Source of the DNA: Octopus bimaculoides
Taxonomy: Eukaryota
Length of the DNA stretch: 64,000 bases
Direction: 5' to 3'
NCBI RefSeq assembly: GCF_001194135.2
Contig: NC_068983.1
Location: forward strand, 87,288,857-87,352,856
The notes beneath the pieces are model-generated. The model did not search any database, was not told the origin of the DNA, and saw only the letters and a program-made list of their open reading frames with translations. The translations under genes were made by a program, and so were the position numbers. Of the stretch, positions 13,336 to 25,800 are shown one piece after another. Every line of letters starts with the position of its first letter. The stretch's first letter is position 1.

Positions 13336-14385
13336 ACATTATTTTATCTTCTCAACAGTAACAAGGAGGTGGTGGATTTTATTCGATTTTTCTTTTCATT
13401 TTTTTTTTGTGTGAAAGGGATTGGGTTTCTCTTTTTGAGAACCACTGTTCTAAGTGATTGTTCAACATATTTTCTCTCTCTTTAGTTAGGAGAGAAGAGA
13501 GTTACAGGACCTCTGTGACTGGTGTGAAGGAGGAAGGTATTCTCAAACCAGAAGTTTGGCTTGAATGTTTGCGATAGAAAAGACTTGTATCATGTGGTGG
13601 TAGTGGTGTTACCGGGTGACAAGTTAAGTCTACTTCTACCTGTTATCAGTGGTGGGTATGGTTCCACTAATCCGCTAACAGCTAATTAGCAAAGCTAACT
13701 TTTCATTTTAGCAGATTAGCATTTTTGCTAACTTTGGAAAACGTCAGCAGACCAATTAACTTCTGCTAAATTTAGTTCAGCTAACTTTAAGTCTGCTAAC
13801 AAAATTCATACATTTGTTCTTGTCTGTTGTGGGCATGTCTCAAAGAGTCTGTCAGGCATGCTATTGGCTAACTATGTGTACACATGACAAGACATGACTG
13901 GTCAATGCAGCAGCAGCTAGCTGAACAGCGTTGTGTAATTCTGCAGTTTTGAGTTGTGTTCACTTATGATGTTGTCACGTTATAGACAGGCTTACAGTGT
14001 CAGCAGCAGCAGTGTATATTATCGGTTTATCAAGTTATTGTTTATTGTTATGGAAGGTGAAGACATTTTTATTCGGCCTATACAAAGAAAGCATGCCAGC
14101 CCAGTATTAGCGAGGCAGTTGCCCAAACTGCTGGCAATGACGTCTGTCAGTCTATGGTGGACAAAAAGATTGTAGACATGTTTGTCGACAACATGCTACT
14201 GCTGCATGTAGTGGAATCCTCCACCTTGGTCGGCCTGATCAAGATGCTGAACCCCAGCAAGACGTCGATGTCCCACCACACTCCAGGCAGGATGATCTTG
14301 GCCAGCCAAAAAACAGTTGGAGGAGTCTCTTACAAGATTTTTATAAATTAAAATTATACAAGGTTGTTAAATTATTATTATGGCG

Positions 14386-15745
14386 TGTTGTGATGTAAAG
14401 GAAGAAAAAGATGGAAGTGAAGAGAGAATTATGGTAGTCTTGCCTGTCGGTCCGGAAAAAGGGTCACTTTCAACATCCACGTGCTGTCTCAATCTCCAAG
14501 GTTCACTCCATGTCCATATGCGCTATCTTTCACTGTACAGTCTCACACGTCCGCTCTGATGTGCTGTCCGCTGCCCGACTGGCCCCCTCATGCTTCGCTG
14601 ATGCTGCATGTCCACTGCAGCACTTCTGGTGGGATCCACAAGCCCCACTTCCGACAGGACATGTCTACTCCTTCACTTCTGATCCTTCGCTACAACACAG
14701 CCTGGCTCATAACACCACACGCCTCTCCACCCTGATCTGAAGATCATTCAACCAACCTGCCCACGTCCTCTTCTCAACCCTGACCACATGTCTTAATTTG
14801 TCTCGTAATCAGTCAACCAGCGAGGAGGGCACCGCTCCCTCTGTAACTTCAGGACTGGCCTCAGTTCCTGGCATATTACTGCCGGCTTCGTCCTCTTGTC
14901 CATTACTGTTGGCCCCATCCTGTCGCAGTGATGATCCTGCGCACATCCAAAACATGTTGTGACATGCCATCTACGGATACACTGTTCCTCGAATTCACAG
15001 AGGTTATTGTTCCTTTTCCCCACTGTGATGTGCACCGCGCATTTGGGGGCTTAACCCAGACTTCTCTGACCTGCACAAAGGCATGCTCTTTCTCTTCTGC
15101 GGGATGCGGTGATGCAGTACATAGATGCCTCCACTCGTACTTGAATATTGCCCTGTGTGGCCCTGACTCCCCAGCCTGTCCCGTCATGGGCGACATATTA
15201 TACCGAAAAACGGCCTTGACCGGTGAGATGTGACACCTCTCTGCTATGGTCTTGATGATATGATGATGCCTCTCCACAACCCCATTGCCACTTGGCCAGT
15301 AATCCGCTCTGAAGAAACGGCTGACATGCCACTTGTCAAGCATTTCCCCCAGCACCTCCGAGTGAAAGGCAAGCAGCTCATCCACAGGGCCTCGTTCTAG
15401 GAATATTTCATTCAATATTCTTGTGATTTAAAGGAAGAAAAAGACGGAAGCGAAGAGAGAGTTACAGTAGTCTTAATTGTCAGTCTGGAAAAAGGGTCAC
15501 TTTCAATATCCACGGACTGTCTCGATCTCCAAGGTTCACTCCACGTCCACTATCCGTTGCTGTACAGTCTCACACGTCTGCTCTGATGTGCTGTCCGCCA
15601 CCCGACTAGCCCCTCGTGCTTTGCTGATGCCGCATGTCCACCGTGGCACTTCCAGTGGGATCCGCAGGCTCCACTTCCGACAGGACATGCCTACTCCCTC
15701 ACTTCCAATCCTTCCTTACAACACAGCCTGGCTCATAACACCACA
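14386..15745 (-). mobile_element. Internally deleted Gypsy-like LTR element: LTR-integrase remnant-PPT-LTR
   Basis: Direct repeats 14386-14719 and about 15419-15745, TG...CA on minus. Purine tract AGGGTGGAGAGGCG precedes the 3' LTR. ORF 14903-15415 has the integrase motif GNGVVERHH and a C-terminal VWVKPP..QWGKG. Confidence 0.85.
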
Positions 15746-15827
15746 TATACTTCATATTTTCTCAGTTAATGTAATAAAATGTATAATAGCTAATTGAAAT
15801 AAATGTCATAATATATAATATAAGGTA

Positions 15828-15840
15828 TACATACACACAA

Positions 15841-15892
<52 letters not shown>
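15828..15892. repeat. (CA)n/(TA)n microsatellite
   Basis: Direct reading. Confidence 0.9.
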
Positions 15893-15895
<3 letters not shown>

Positions 15896-18800
15896 TCATG
15901 ATTAAGTCTGCACAGCACAGTCAATCTTTAATGAAATAACAAATAAACGAACCTTAAGTTCTGAACTTATGAAATTCCGACCATCATTCCATCCCTCATC
16001 TCGGTTATTCATCACCCCCAACGCGTCACCTATCAAGGTAATGTCACAATTTTCAAAAGTTTAATAACGAGGCTTTAAATTATAAGCAGTATTTTTATGA
16101 ATTTAGAACAGTCTCGTGACAAATGTTAAACTGGTTATAAGATACTATGAAAGAATGTCCTGCCTCTTTCCTATCCGAGAAAAATTGTACAAACCACTTG
16201 TTCACAGAAACTATTGCTGCTTGCGTGGAGATGCCGATGAGCGGCTCGTGTTTTTTTTTTTTGTAGGCCTTGATTATATTCTGCATCAGTTTATATATCA
16301 TGACATTAAATTATTTCCTTGTTGGTTTTAAACTGCTGTTAGCCACCTTGATTATTTTATAATTTTCAGATCGTCATTTTGTGAAATCAGTCACTGATTC
16401 CAATGGCATTATCCATAATATTGACAGGAGTGAGTTGGCCTCTACCAACTGCGATGGAGTGACCATTACTGATGAGTATTAATTTCCTAAACGAAATTAA
16501 CATGCTAATCTAATGCATCTTGCTTAAGAGTCTGGAGGGTTTTCTCCCCTGTCAGTACAAAGAAACCATATGCTTTTGTGGCTAAGGAGTCTACGACTTC
16601 TATTTCTAGCAATGCTGATAGTCGCTGCATCCTAAGCTTTTAACTTTACAACTTATGTCTCTTTACAATTTAACATTTTTTAATTACAGATTGCTCAAGG
16701 ATGTCTCCTGGATGGCGATCGCTGTGGACTGTTGGTCGGCCCACGACAGGTCCTACCTGGGGTTGACGGCACACTGGCTGAACCCCAAAACCCGCACGAG
16801 ACAACACGCTGTCCTGACCTGCTCTCGGCTCAGAAGACATCACACCTTTGATGTTCTCGCCCAGACCATGGAGGACATCCATCAAAAGTTCCATTTGCAA
16901 GACAAGGCAACCAGGACCACGACGGACAACGGTAAAAACTTTGTTAAGGCATTATTTATGTTGTGTTATAAACCCAAACTCGAATATCAAAGTTCAAAAG
17001 GTTTTAATCGACTAAAAATACAGCAATCTACAATACAAACAAAGATTGCTAAATTGTAAGCAAAACCAAACTTCAACGCAATAACAGTTTTATGCAGCAA
17101 GTTGCTACAGCCTCGACTAACTAAAACCAACACTGAACACGTCCTGCAGCAAACAGAACAGAACTCCGCGCAGTCGCACTGCAGGCATATAACAGCAATC
17201 AAGACAATCAAAATCACGTGATCAAAACAAAAATCGCAATACGTTGTTTGGTACAGAAGTTGAACTCTTGCCAGACATTTCTGAGGCTAGTGCCGATGCG
17301 GATGTGGAGGACGTGAATCCTAAGGCTGGGAATGTGGACAAAGTTGAGTACATCTCTGTTGATGCCATCCTTGACTAAACCTGCTAGTGCACATGAAGTG
17401 CACAGCCCATGCCTTCAACTTGGTAGCTAATGTGGATACCGACAAGGCTCTTGACAGCGCTTCGTTCAAGTCGGCCTAGAGGAAGGCCATGTCTAAGGCG
17501 CAGCGGCTGTGGAATCTGCAGAGCCGCAACACGGTGACGGTGCGTTGAAGAGGAGGCTGGTGGTTCCAAAAAGTACCAGATCGAACTCTACTTATGATTC
17601 TGTTGTTGTCCTCAACAACCCGCTGGAGAAGAATAGGGGAGCTGTCCACAGGTGATGACACAGCTGAAGCTACAGATCTTTACTGATTCTGATGTCGACT
17701 TCCTAATGCCTAATGTTGCCAAGGCAGTGGATAAAATCCAAAGGGTAGACCAGGATTATTTCGGGAGCCTTCTGCCAACTGTAGTGGTTACCGTCATGAA
17801 GTTGAAGAAGGCCAAGTTCAAACATCTCTTGAACTGCAGTCCTCTGGTAGACGCGATACTGGCAGGAATCACGAAAAGGTTTGGGATCCTCCTAGAAGAC
17901 CTGGAGTGCCAACTAACCGCTACCTTCCACCACAAGTTTCGCCTGTTCTGGCTGGAGCAGTCAAGTTAGCAGAGTAACAAACGCCATGGAAACCGTCGTA
18001 GCGACAGCCCTAATGGAGACCAATGAAGAGGGCAACAGCACCACCAGCAATGAAGATGAGGAAGATGATTTCTTCAGAAACATCACTCGGCTCCGGAAGA
18101 GCATGAACCACAAGGTCACTGAAATCCAAGGCGCAAAACTTGGTGAAGACCTGGTTGGAGGCCATCTCGAAGAGGTCCTGACTGAAGTTGCGTTTTTGAG
18201 TGAGAAGGTCTTGATCAACCTGTTCACCAAGTATAACACGGCCATCCGATCCAGTGCTGCAGTCGAGCACCTATTCTCTAGAAGCAAAGATATTTTGAAG
18301 GCCTCTCAGATGGAAACTTTGAGAGGCTGATGTTTGTGAAGGGCAACCAGCATCATGTCGAGGTGATGGAGAAGGCTCAGCCAGAGTAGTACACCTTGAT
18401 CATCATCCGATCTTGGCATGATACACCTTTTTGATTCGTTTAATACTTTTTGTACAGTAAATAAAGTGTATGTTGACTGAAAACTAATGTTTAATTTCAT
18501 TTGTTCATTTAATTATTTGCGTACACCTTGATCATCATTTGATTTTGGCATGCTATACCTTTCTGGGAAGCTCTATGTCTAAGCTACAACATGAAAATTT
18601 CAGCTCTCTAAGTTTGTTTTTAGGGGTTTCAAAGCAAACCGAAACTAAATTTATGATAAAAGATAGTGACCATCATTTAGCGTTAGTTTCCGCTAATTTT
18701 TTTTTACCTGTTTAGTGGTTTAGCGTATGCGAAGCTAATTTTTTTTAGTTGGCGGATTAAGTTATCTGTGCTCACCACTGCCTGCTGTCTATAACAGTCA

Positions 18801-19475
18801 AATCTCCCTCAGACCACAACCAACTGTCTTACGAAGGGGCATATTGGATAATAATGGTTTTGGGTTCCCTAGATTTGGCAAAAAGGTGGGATGATCCAGG
18901 CTGGAATATTTTTTTCCCTGTAATTTTATTCGACCAAGGCTGATCTGAGGTTAAACAACAAAAGCTGGGCATATAAATGTAGATCCAGTGAGGAAGTCTC
19001 TACACAATTGCCCGAACTACCAAGAAATAACAGCCAAAATATCTCAAATCAGCCTTGTCGTAACAGAAAGATAAACGCATTGGAAAATGAAGTCATAGGT
19101 GCACTGTGCCTGGGAAAAGGACTGGATGGTCAAGACTCAGGTACCTTTAAGCAAAGGTCTGCTCGACCAAAAGTAAACTTATTGAGTTATGCAACAGTTG
19201 GCATACGAACGAATTAGTGAGGGAACCTGTAAACAGTAATTTTACTTGCTAGAAACAGCAGCCAAAAAACAAAAAAAAAAACAAAAACAAAAAAGCGGAG
19301 GACATTGAACAATGTAGTCCCTGATATACAAACTGTCTTTACAGTGACGTAGTGTAGAATGTACTGACCGCGCAGGCTACGTTGTGTCGTCACACGCTAC
19401 CGTTAATAAAAGACTTCACTCATACCAAAATGAACAACTCTGCTATTCAGTGGTAAACTGGTTTTTATTTCACCA

Positions 19476-19713
19476 CCCCGAAAGGATGAAAAGTAAAGTC
19501 GACCTCGGCGGAATTTGAACTCAGAACGATTTAGTCAGATGAAATGCCGCAAAGCCTTTTGTTCACCGTGCTTAAAGATTCTACCAGCTTGCCGCCCTTG
19601 TGATTTGACATTTTGGCACAAGGCCAGTAATTTTAGAGGATCGGCACTTCGTTTTATCGACTCTGAAAGGGTAAAAGGCAAAATTGACCTCGGCAGGATG
19701 TGAACTTAGAACG
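19476..19713 (-). mobile_element. Two adjacent partial copies of the abundant GGCGGCGAGCTGGCAGAATCG-head SINE
   Basis: Repeated cgaaaggatgaaaggcaaagtcgacctcggcggaatttgaactcagaac core. Confidence 0.8.
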
Positions 19714-20040
19714 TGTAGTAACGCCTGCGCATGCGTAGTCTTACGCATGCGTAAAATTAAACAAGCAAGCGCTTCCCGCTCAATTCATTCTCTTTCTCGC
19801 TGGCCAGCGATTGAGCAAGGACGTGTGTTTAAAGCTGTCTCTACATCTTTCGGTCTTATACTCGACAGCTAGTTATTCTCACCTCTAAAGATGTATAACT
19901 AAAGATATGTATGTTTTACCAAGTAAATAAATGTTGTTTAAGTTGTTTAGTCTGGAGTTCAGCGTTCCGTCAATTTCTTTAATTTTATAGTAGAAAGTCA
20001 GGTATACAATCTAAAGGTGTATAACCCACTTTCTACTAAA
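19714..20040 (+). mobile_element. LTR-like repeat (solo-LTR candidate)
   Basis: Starts TGTAGTAACGCC, contains AATAAA and GCGCATGCG; homologous to 23567-23948 on minus. Confidence 0.5.
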
Positions 20041-20109
20041 AACGTAAAGATCCAGAAGAAATGCCACCAAGCATTTTGATCCTTCTAGCTCACCGCCCTA
20101 CTAATAATA

Positions 20110-23100
20110 ATCGTATACTTTCTTTATTGGCCACAAGATCTGCAAAAACCATATCTAGGACATTACAAAGGACAACGAGGATTTAAATAAACACGCGTAC
20201 AAAATTAAAACAAATAAACAAACTTATAAGAATAAAATTTCCCAATAGGGGGGAAACGCCACACTGGTACGACTAAGGAACCTCACAAATCCCGAGTAAC
20301 TCTACTACCTTTACTTTCCTTTCCAAGTGGAACTTGAAAAAACAAACAAACAAACAAACAAAAAACGATGAAAGCTAAACTGAAAAATAAACTGTCTGCC
20401 TTCAGTCTTTTCAGTTCCATCCACCACACAACCCTGCCATATTCATCAGTCAGGTAAAATAACTACTTCTCAAAACCTTCAGCTTCTGTAGAACTAGCTG
20501 CCAGGATCTTTATCCAACATTTCTATGATGTATCGTGCGAGGTGGAAGTTGTCGTGGGTAATTCTGTTTGGCATAGCGCATGCATCTTTTAATATGGAGC
20601 ATGCACCTTACTCTAACACCGTGGCCAAAATCTTCAATTCTGTATTTAACAGAGTTAGGGGCCTGAAGTTCTTTTAATCATCCCCCTTGTTCGGGTTCTT
20701 TCTCAAATGCACCACACTAGTTTTCATAGGACTGGTATTCTCGGTTTCTGCTGCCAGTTGCAGTAGACATCTGTCATGAGGCTCCAGAACAAGTCTAGCA
20801 TATGAACACGAAGCTCGTAGAGTAGACCATCCCGCTTCGACGACTTTCTCTTGTATCCAGCCATTACTTTCCATATTTCGTCAGGTTTTATCGGTCTTTC
20901 GCAGAACTTCTCATCCCTATTCAAGAGCCACAACAGACAGTTGAGGTTAGGAACATCTCTGGTTCACCGCCCGCCCCAAATAGTTGAGTGAAGTGCCATT
21001 AAAAAGCTGCACATATCTGCTTGGAATTGAGTTGTACACGCCATTCCCGATCTGTTAAAGACTGAGTTGGGGCTTTACTGTCACTTGGGACCATCGAACG
21101 ACTTTCGTTCCATGCCTTATAGCCCTATCTCTGATAACGCAACATTCATGCTTAGCTTTGAAGAATCATTAAAGGTCAATCTCGCTGCCAACACGTCAGT
21201 CACAGTGCCTTTCCTAAACGCTTCTTCTAAGTTACTAAGTTGGCCTCTTTCTGGAATTTCTATAATCATTTTCTTACTAAACCTTATCAATTGTAATCAG
21301 TAAGCTATTTTCAGGGCAAACAATCATTGGCTGTTGACAATTTCTCCCGTCAACTCCCTCTTAACTAGTTCTTTAATCCAGTCACTGTAAACTTGGTGCA
21401 ATGGGAAAGATGCGTTCAGTTTCCAGAAACCGGGTCCCTATCCACCGGTGGATAGGGACTTGGTTTCTAAGGTACAGGCCACAAATTTGTGGCCTGTACG
21501 TCAGCTGATTGGAAACAACTGAACAAGTCTGAGAGGCTTTCTCACACTCGTCTCCTATCAGCTAGCCACACACAATTAAGAAGTTCATCCGAGATGGCGT
21601 TTCAATTGCCCACTAACACTAAAGAGCGGAGTATTTCCTGGAAAATCTCCAGTTGCCTGAAGAAATTCGGCTGCTCCATACCAGCCGCGTCTAGAAAGAC
21701 CGACTGTCTCAAGGTCCAGGCCATTTCGAAACAGCACTACCTCTTGCCCTACTACTCTGGGCCGAATAAGTGATGTAAAGATCTCGAAGTCGGCAAAAAT
21801 TGGTGCTAAGGGCGTGTGTCTAGAATCCTCGCCGATAGCTATCACATCCAAACCTAGCAACCTGAAGTCAATGAGCAGGCGACTAGGCTTCCATGTTGAT
21901 TTCAGGCTACGTGCATTTATACACTCTACTCTCAGAGCTGCCATGCTCGTGAAAAAGAGGAAGACGAAAAGTAAACGGGTTACTTACCCATTTGGTAGTC
22001 CTGTGGATCGAGTGACTTGGTTTACATGAAATTTTGGGCTTCCTTCAGAAGCCTACAGCTGCCCTTGCGCTGAAGCATCCTACATTCATTGGGGAAATTA
22101 TCCCTCATTATATATATCTCACAAATTTGTACCACTTTGAAAGTAGTGCGCTTGTAGACCTTCTCTCTGTTTTAACGTTTTCTTTTAATGTAATAAGGGA
22201 CATCAATTTTTGTATTTGTACTCCTTGTCAGCATAAAGTTTAGGCTAGGTGTGTTTTGTTAATGTTGTACTTGTGTGTCTGTCTGATGGTGCAACTCCTG
22301 CGTTTTTTTGTTTTTTTTTTGTTGGTGATTTTGGTGGTGGAGTTGTTGCCAATGTTTGGTACGGGTGTCATTTCAGGGATACAGTCGTGATTTAAAAAAG
22401 AGAAACTGCCGGAGAGCATATATAATTTTTTAAAAGTATTTTTGTTGTATTTTTTATTGTTAATTTTTTTGTTGTTTTTCCTTTTTACGAGATGAGATAT
22501 CTATACCAGAAATATCTGATACGGGTTGGGGTAAAGGTGAAGGTATATATTTCACGCGTGCTCATATGTGTATGTGTTTGGAAGGGGAAGGGGATAGAGT
22601 ATAAGGGAGGAGTTAAGTTGGAGATTTTTCTGGGTGCCAGGTTTTGCTTCTGTATTGTGGGTGTCATTGTTGCTGGTTTCCTGTCATTTGTAATATTAGC
22701 ACCGGTACTGTTGTTCTTGTAGCTGCAGTTGCGGTTATTTGTGTTACTGTTGCTATTGCTACTGTTGTTGGTGTTGACCTTCTTCTCTTCACTACTACTA
22801 TTGAGGCTGCATTATCAGCAGTAGTGGAAGTAGGGTGTCTCCTCTACCTTGTTTTTTGTAGAGGAAAAAAGTTCCGAAGTGGCCTTCTGCACAACACAAA
22901 TGGCATCTTGACCTTCTTCCCCTACCCTTAAATATGCAGCTGGACTTCATTGGAAAGGCGTATAAGGCCTGGGATCTTCTCTACATCCTCCAATTTGATT
23001 TGGAGGAGGATCTACACTATAGTCCCAAGCCAAAACTCCGTCTCTGTTCGTTTTACGTCAAAGAGGATGTCACCTCCCTTCAAAGCAACACAGGCTAACT

Positions 23101-23390
23101 TCCACCAGATGGAAAGTCCCTCCATCTCTCCCTCTCTCTCATATATATACATATATATATATATATATATCGAAAAGTTCTCCCTAAATTCGATGGCTAT
23201 AGGGTGAATTTATCTGTCGCATATAGGAACTATGGAGTACATCAGTGCGAGGGCTTTGCTCTCGAAGAAAGCCTCCATACTCCCGAACTGCTGTGCTCTG
23301 GTCACATGACCTATATCTACCCATATATCTTTGAGAGCTCTTTCCACCTGGATGTGTGTTGCCGCTTCTAGGCATCAGGTTTTAACCTGT
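20110..23390 (-). mobile_element. Internally deleted Tx1/L1-clade LINE (ORF1 remnants, APE endonuclease, partial RT, 3' UTR)
   Basis: APE start MAALRVECINARSL..LDVIAI.E, GPGFWKLN, RT N-terminal NFRPLTLLNTELKILA; 3' UTR shared with 33505-34784; (ATT)n tail. ORF1-like remnants at about 22850-23350 are less certain. Confidence 0.8.
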
Positions 23391-23566
23391 AGACAGCGAT
23401 ACAACGCTGTTGAATCGGCTGTCATTTAAGGAGAGTGAGAAGTACTGTGTTGATTTCACTGCCTTTGGTGTTCCCCACCACTTAATTTTTTTATTATCAT
23501 TCTTCTTTTCTTCTTTCTCCTTCCTCTTGTCGCTTTTGGTGTTGTAGCAATTGTCGTTGTTGCTAG

Positions 23567-23948
23567 TGTTTATAGGAAAGTGGTTATACACCATTAGGTG
23601 TACACCGCTTCCGTACATTAAATTCTGAAGAAACAACGGAACGCAGATTCTGAACTATCAACACAACAATATTTATTTACAGAGGAAATAGGCACCACTT
23701 CGCCCTTGGTTGCTGAGACGCCTTCTGAATGATTTCCGTGGTTATTTGTGAAGCTCTGGTGCTGACATGTGAGAGAGCTCTGTTGGACGTCTGACTTCTT
23801 CGTCGGCCGGCGAGAAAAGAGCGGTAACGTTTTAGATGTTGAACTCTACACATGCGCATGAGACTCTTCCCGTGTTCCTTCCGGAACTAGTCCCTGCGCA
23901 TGCGTGGATAAGCTTACCGGACATGTCGTCTGCTAAGGCGTTACTACA
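23567..23948 (-). mobile_element. LTR-like repeat, second family member
   Basis: Minus strand starts TGTAGTAACGCC; shares gtaaataaat...gcgttccgt...ggtgtataaccacttt with 19714-20040. Confidence 0.5.
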
Positions 23949-24309
23949 TGTTAAAAACGTTGTCCTTATTGTTGTTGCTATCATTGCTGTTGTTATTGTC
24001 GCTATTCTCGTGCAAATTTTCTCTCATAGAGCTGGTAATAGTATGAAAATTTCATGCTACCTCCTCGTTGAATTTGATAATGGGCAGTACCGACGCCATA
24101 ATTCCAAACAAGAGAGAGGGGTAAAAAAAAAAAGAAAAAAAGACAGCCGAAAACTAATAAAATATTACAAAAATTGGTTGTTCCCTTCTTCATCCATTGA
24201 AGAAGGGGTCCTTAAAGTTTTAACAAAAATTTGCAACAGTAAGCTAATTATTTTCAGCAAAATTTAACAAACCTTTACGACCGATGGACGTGCGCAATAA
24301 TGATAATTA

Positions 24310-24832
24310 ACGTAATTCTTTCTATTATAGGTATAAGGCCTGAAATGTTTGGAGAGGGAACTAGTTGATTACATCGACCTCACTATTCAACAGATACTAA
24401 TCTTTATCGTTCACGAAGGAATGAAAGGCAAAGTCGAACTCGGCGGAATTTGAACCCTGGAAGTGAAGCCGAGCGAAATGCTGCTAAGCATTTTGATCGA
24501 AGTGCTAACGTTTCTGTCAGTTCGTCGCCTTAAGAAATAATAATAATAATCCTTTCTACTATAGCCGCAAGGCCTATAGTAGAAAGGATCTTTGTTAACG
24601 ATTCTGCCAGTTCACTGCCTTCAATGGTTTTAAATTTTGGCTCAAGGCCAGCAGGTTCGGAGGACGGGGTTAGTCAATTACAGTGTTCAACTGGTACTTA
24701 TTTCATCGACTCCGAAAGGATGAAAGGCAAAGTTGACCTCAGCGGAATTTGAACTGAGAACGTAAAGACGAACGAAATACTGCTAAACATTTCGTTCGGT
24801 ATGCTAACGATTCTGCCAGCTCGTCGCCTCAA
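24310..24832 (-). mobile_element. Head-to-tail chain of GGCGGCGAG-head SINEs separated by (TAA)n
   Basis: Two near-complete copies plus fragments; tRNA-like A box (TGGCAGAATCG) and B box (GTTCAAATTCC) on minus. Confidence 0.85.
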
Positions 24833-24879
24833 ATAATAATAATGGAACGGACTCTATTATTTTCCAAATTCACCTTGTT

Positions 24880-25800
24880 TGTATTCGCTATATTCTCCGT
24901 CAAAAACTTCCTGGAGGAAGAAGTTCTACTCATAGTTTTCTAGGCTCTCTGAGTTCAGTGAGATTGATGCAGTTGGTTCCTCTTGACGGAAGGAAAACGA
25001 CTAGGCCTAGTGGTTAGTGTGAACCTGGGTGTGGAAGTAGATACACCGTTGGTGACGAGAAGAGTAGAGACAAATGGGTCGCAAATATCTGAATGATGGT
25101 GTCACGAGACCAACTAGTTCCGATAAGTAGAGGCAATTATAAATTGCGACAGAAAGAGGAAACACAAAAGACAACATACCTGTACGCCGGTGATCTGAAT
25201 GCCATTATAAGCGACTACATCAGTCAGACAGCCCTTTTAGAGATGTGGTTTAGGATCCCTGCATGCGTAGAGCAGCATCACAGTCGAAAATGTGGGAGCA
25301 AATCCACTATTGTTGGTTTCAACATTTTGTAAAGGTTTAGCAGTTACTGAAGACCGAAGCAATTTCTGAAACAGTAGACAAGATCCAGTCTTTGTAACGC
25401 GATCTTTGTTATTCTGAGGTTGTAGTTTCGGCAGAAGAGATCAGTGAGCTAGCATTGAGAGCTCGAGTCACTTGCTGTTTATATTTAGAGAGAAAGACGC
25501 GATTGTGTTTCCATGATATGTGTAGTGACTACGCCTCTGTGCTGTTAAATGAGGTAAAATTGGCCCGATACCACTGGATAATGTTTTCGAGATCTTTGGA
25601 GACAGAATCAGTGCAGATTTGGCATCAGGTGTTGAAGCTGCTTCATGTAGATGAAACTTGTGTGTAGAGGGTTAGAGAAGAATGAGAATTGGTATCACCT
25701 GCGTAGGAGTGTGTGTTGTTTGCGGTGATAGCAAATTGGTGGTTGATGAATAGGATGAAGAGTGTGGGAGATAAATCCGAGCCTTCAGTCACACCAGACT
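24880..25800 (-). mobile_element. Decayed LINE reverse transcriptase 3' fragment (CR1/Jockey group)
   Basis: GVTEGSDLSPTLFILFIN (GVPQGS-like) and YAGDT (YADD-like) motifs on minus. Confidence 0.7.

Larger units (their letters stand above)
13647..18780 (+). mobile_element. Disrupted hAT transposon with nested insertions
   Basis: Termini CAGTGGTGGG / CTCACCACTG; near-match 8-bp flanks cctgttat / cctgctgt. Transposase pieces carry DCWS, TTTDNG, CTAHAFNL (CxxH), TRSNSTYD and SSAAVEHLFS motifs. Confidence 0.9.
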
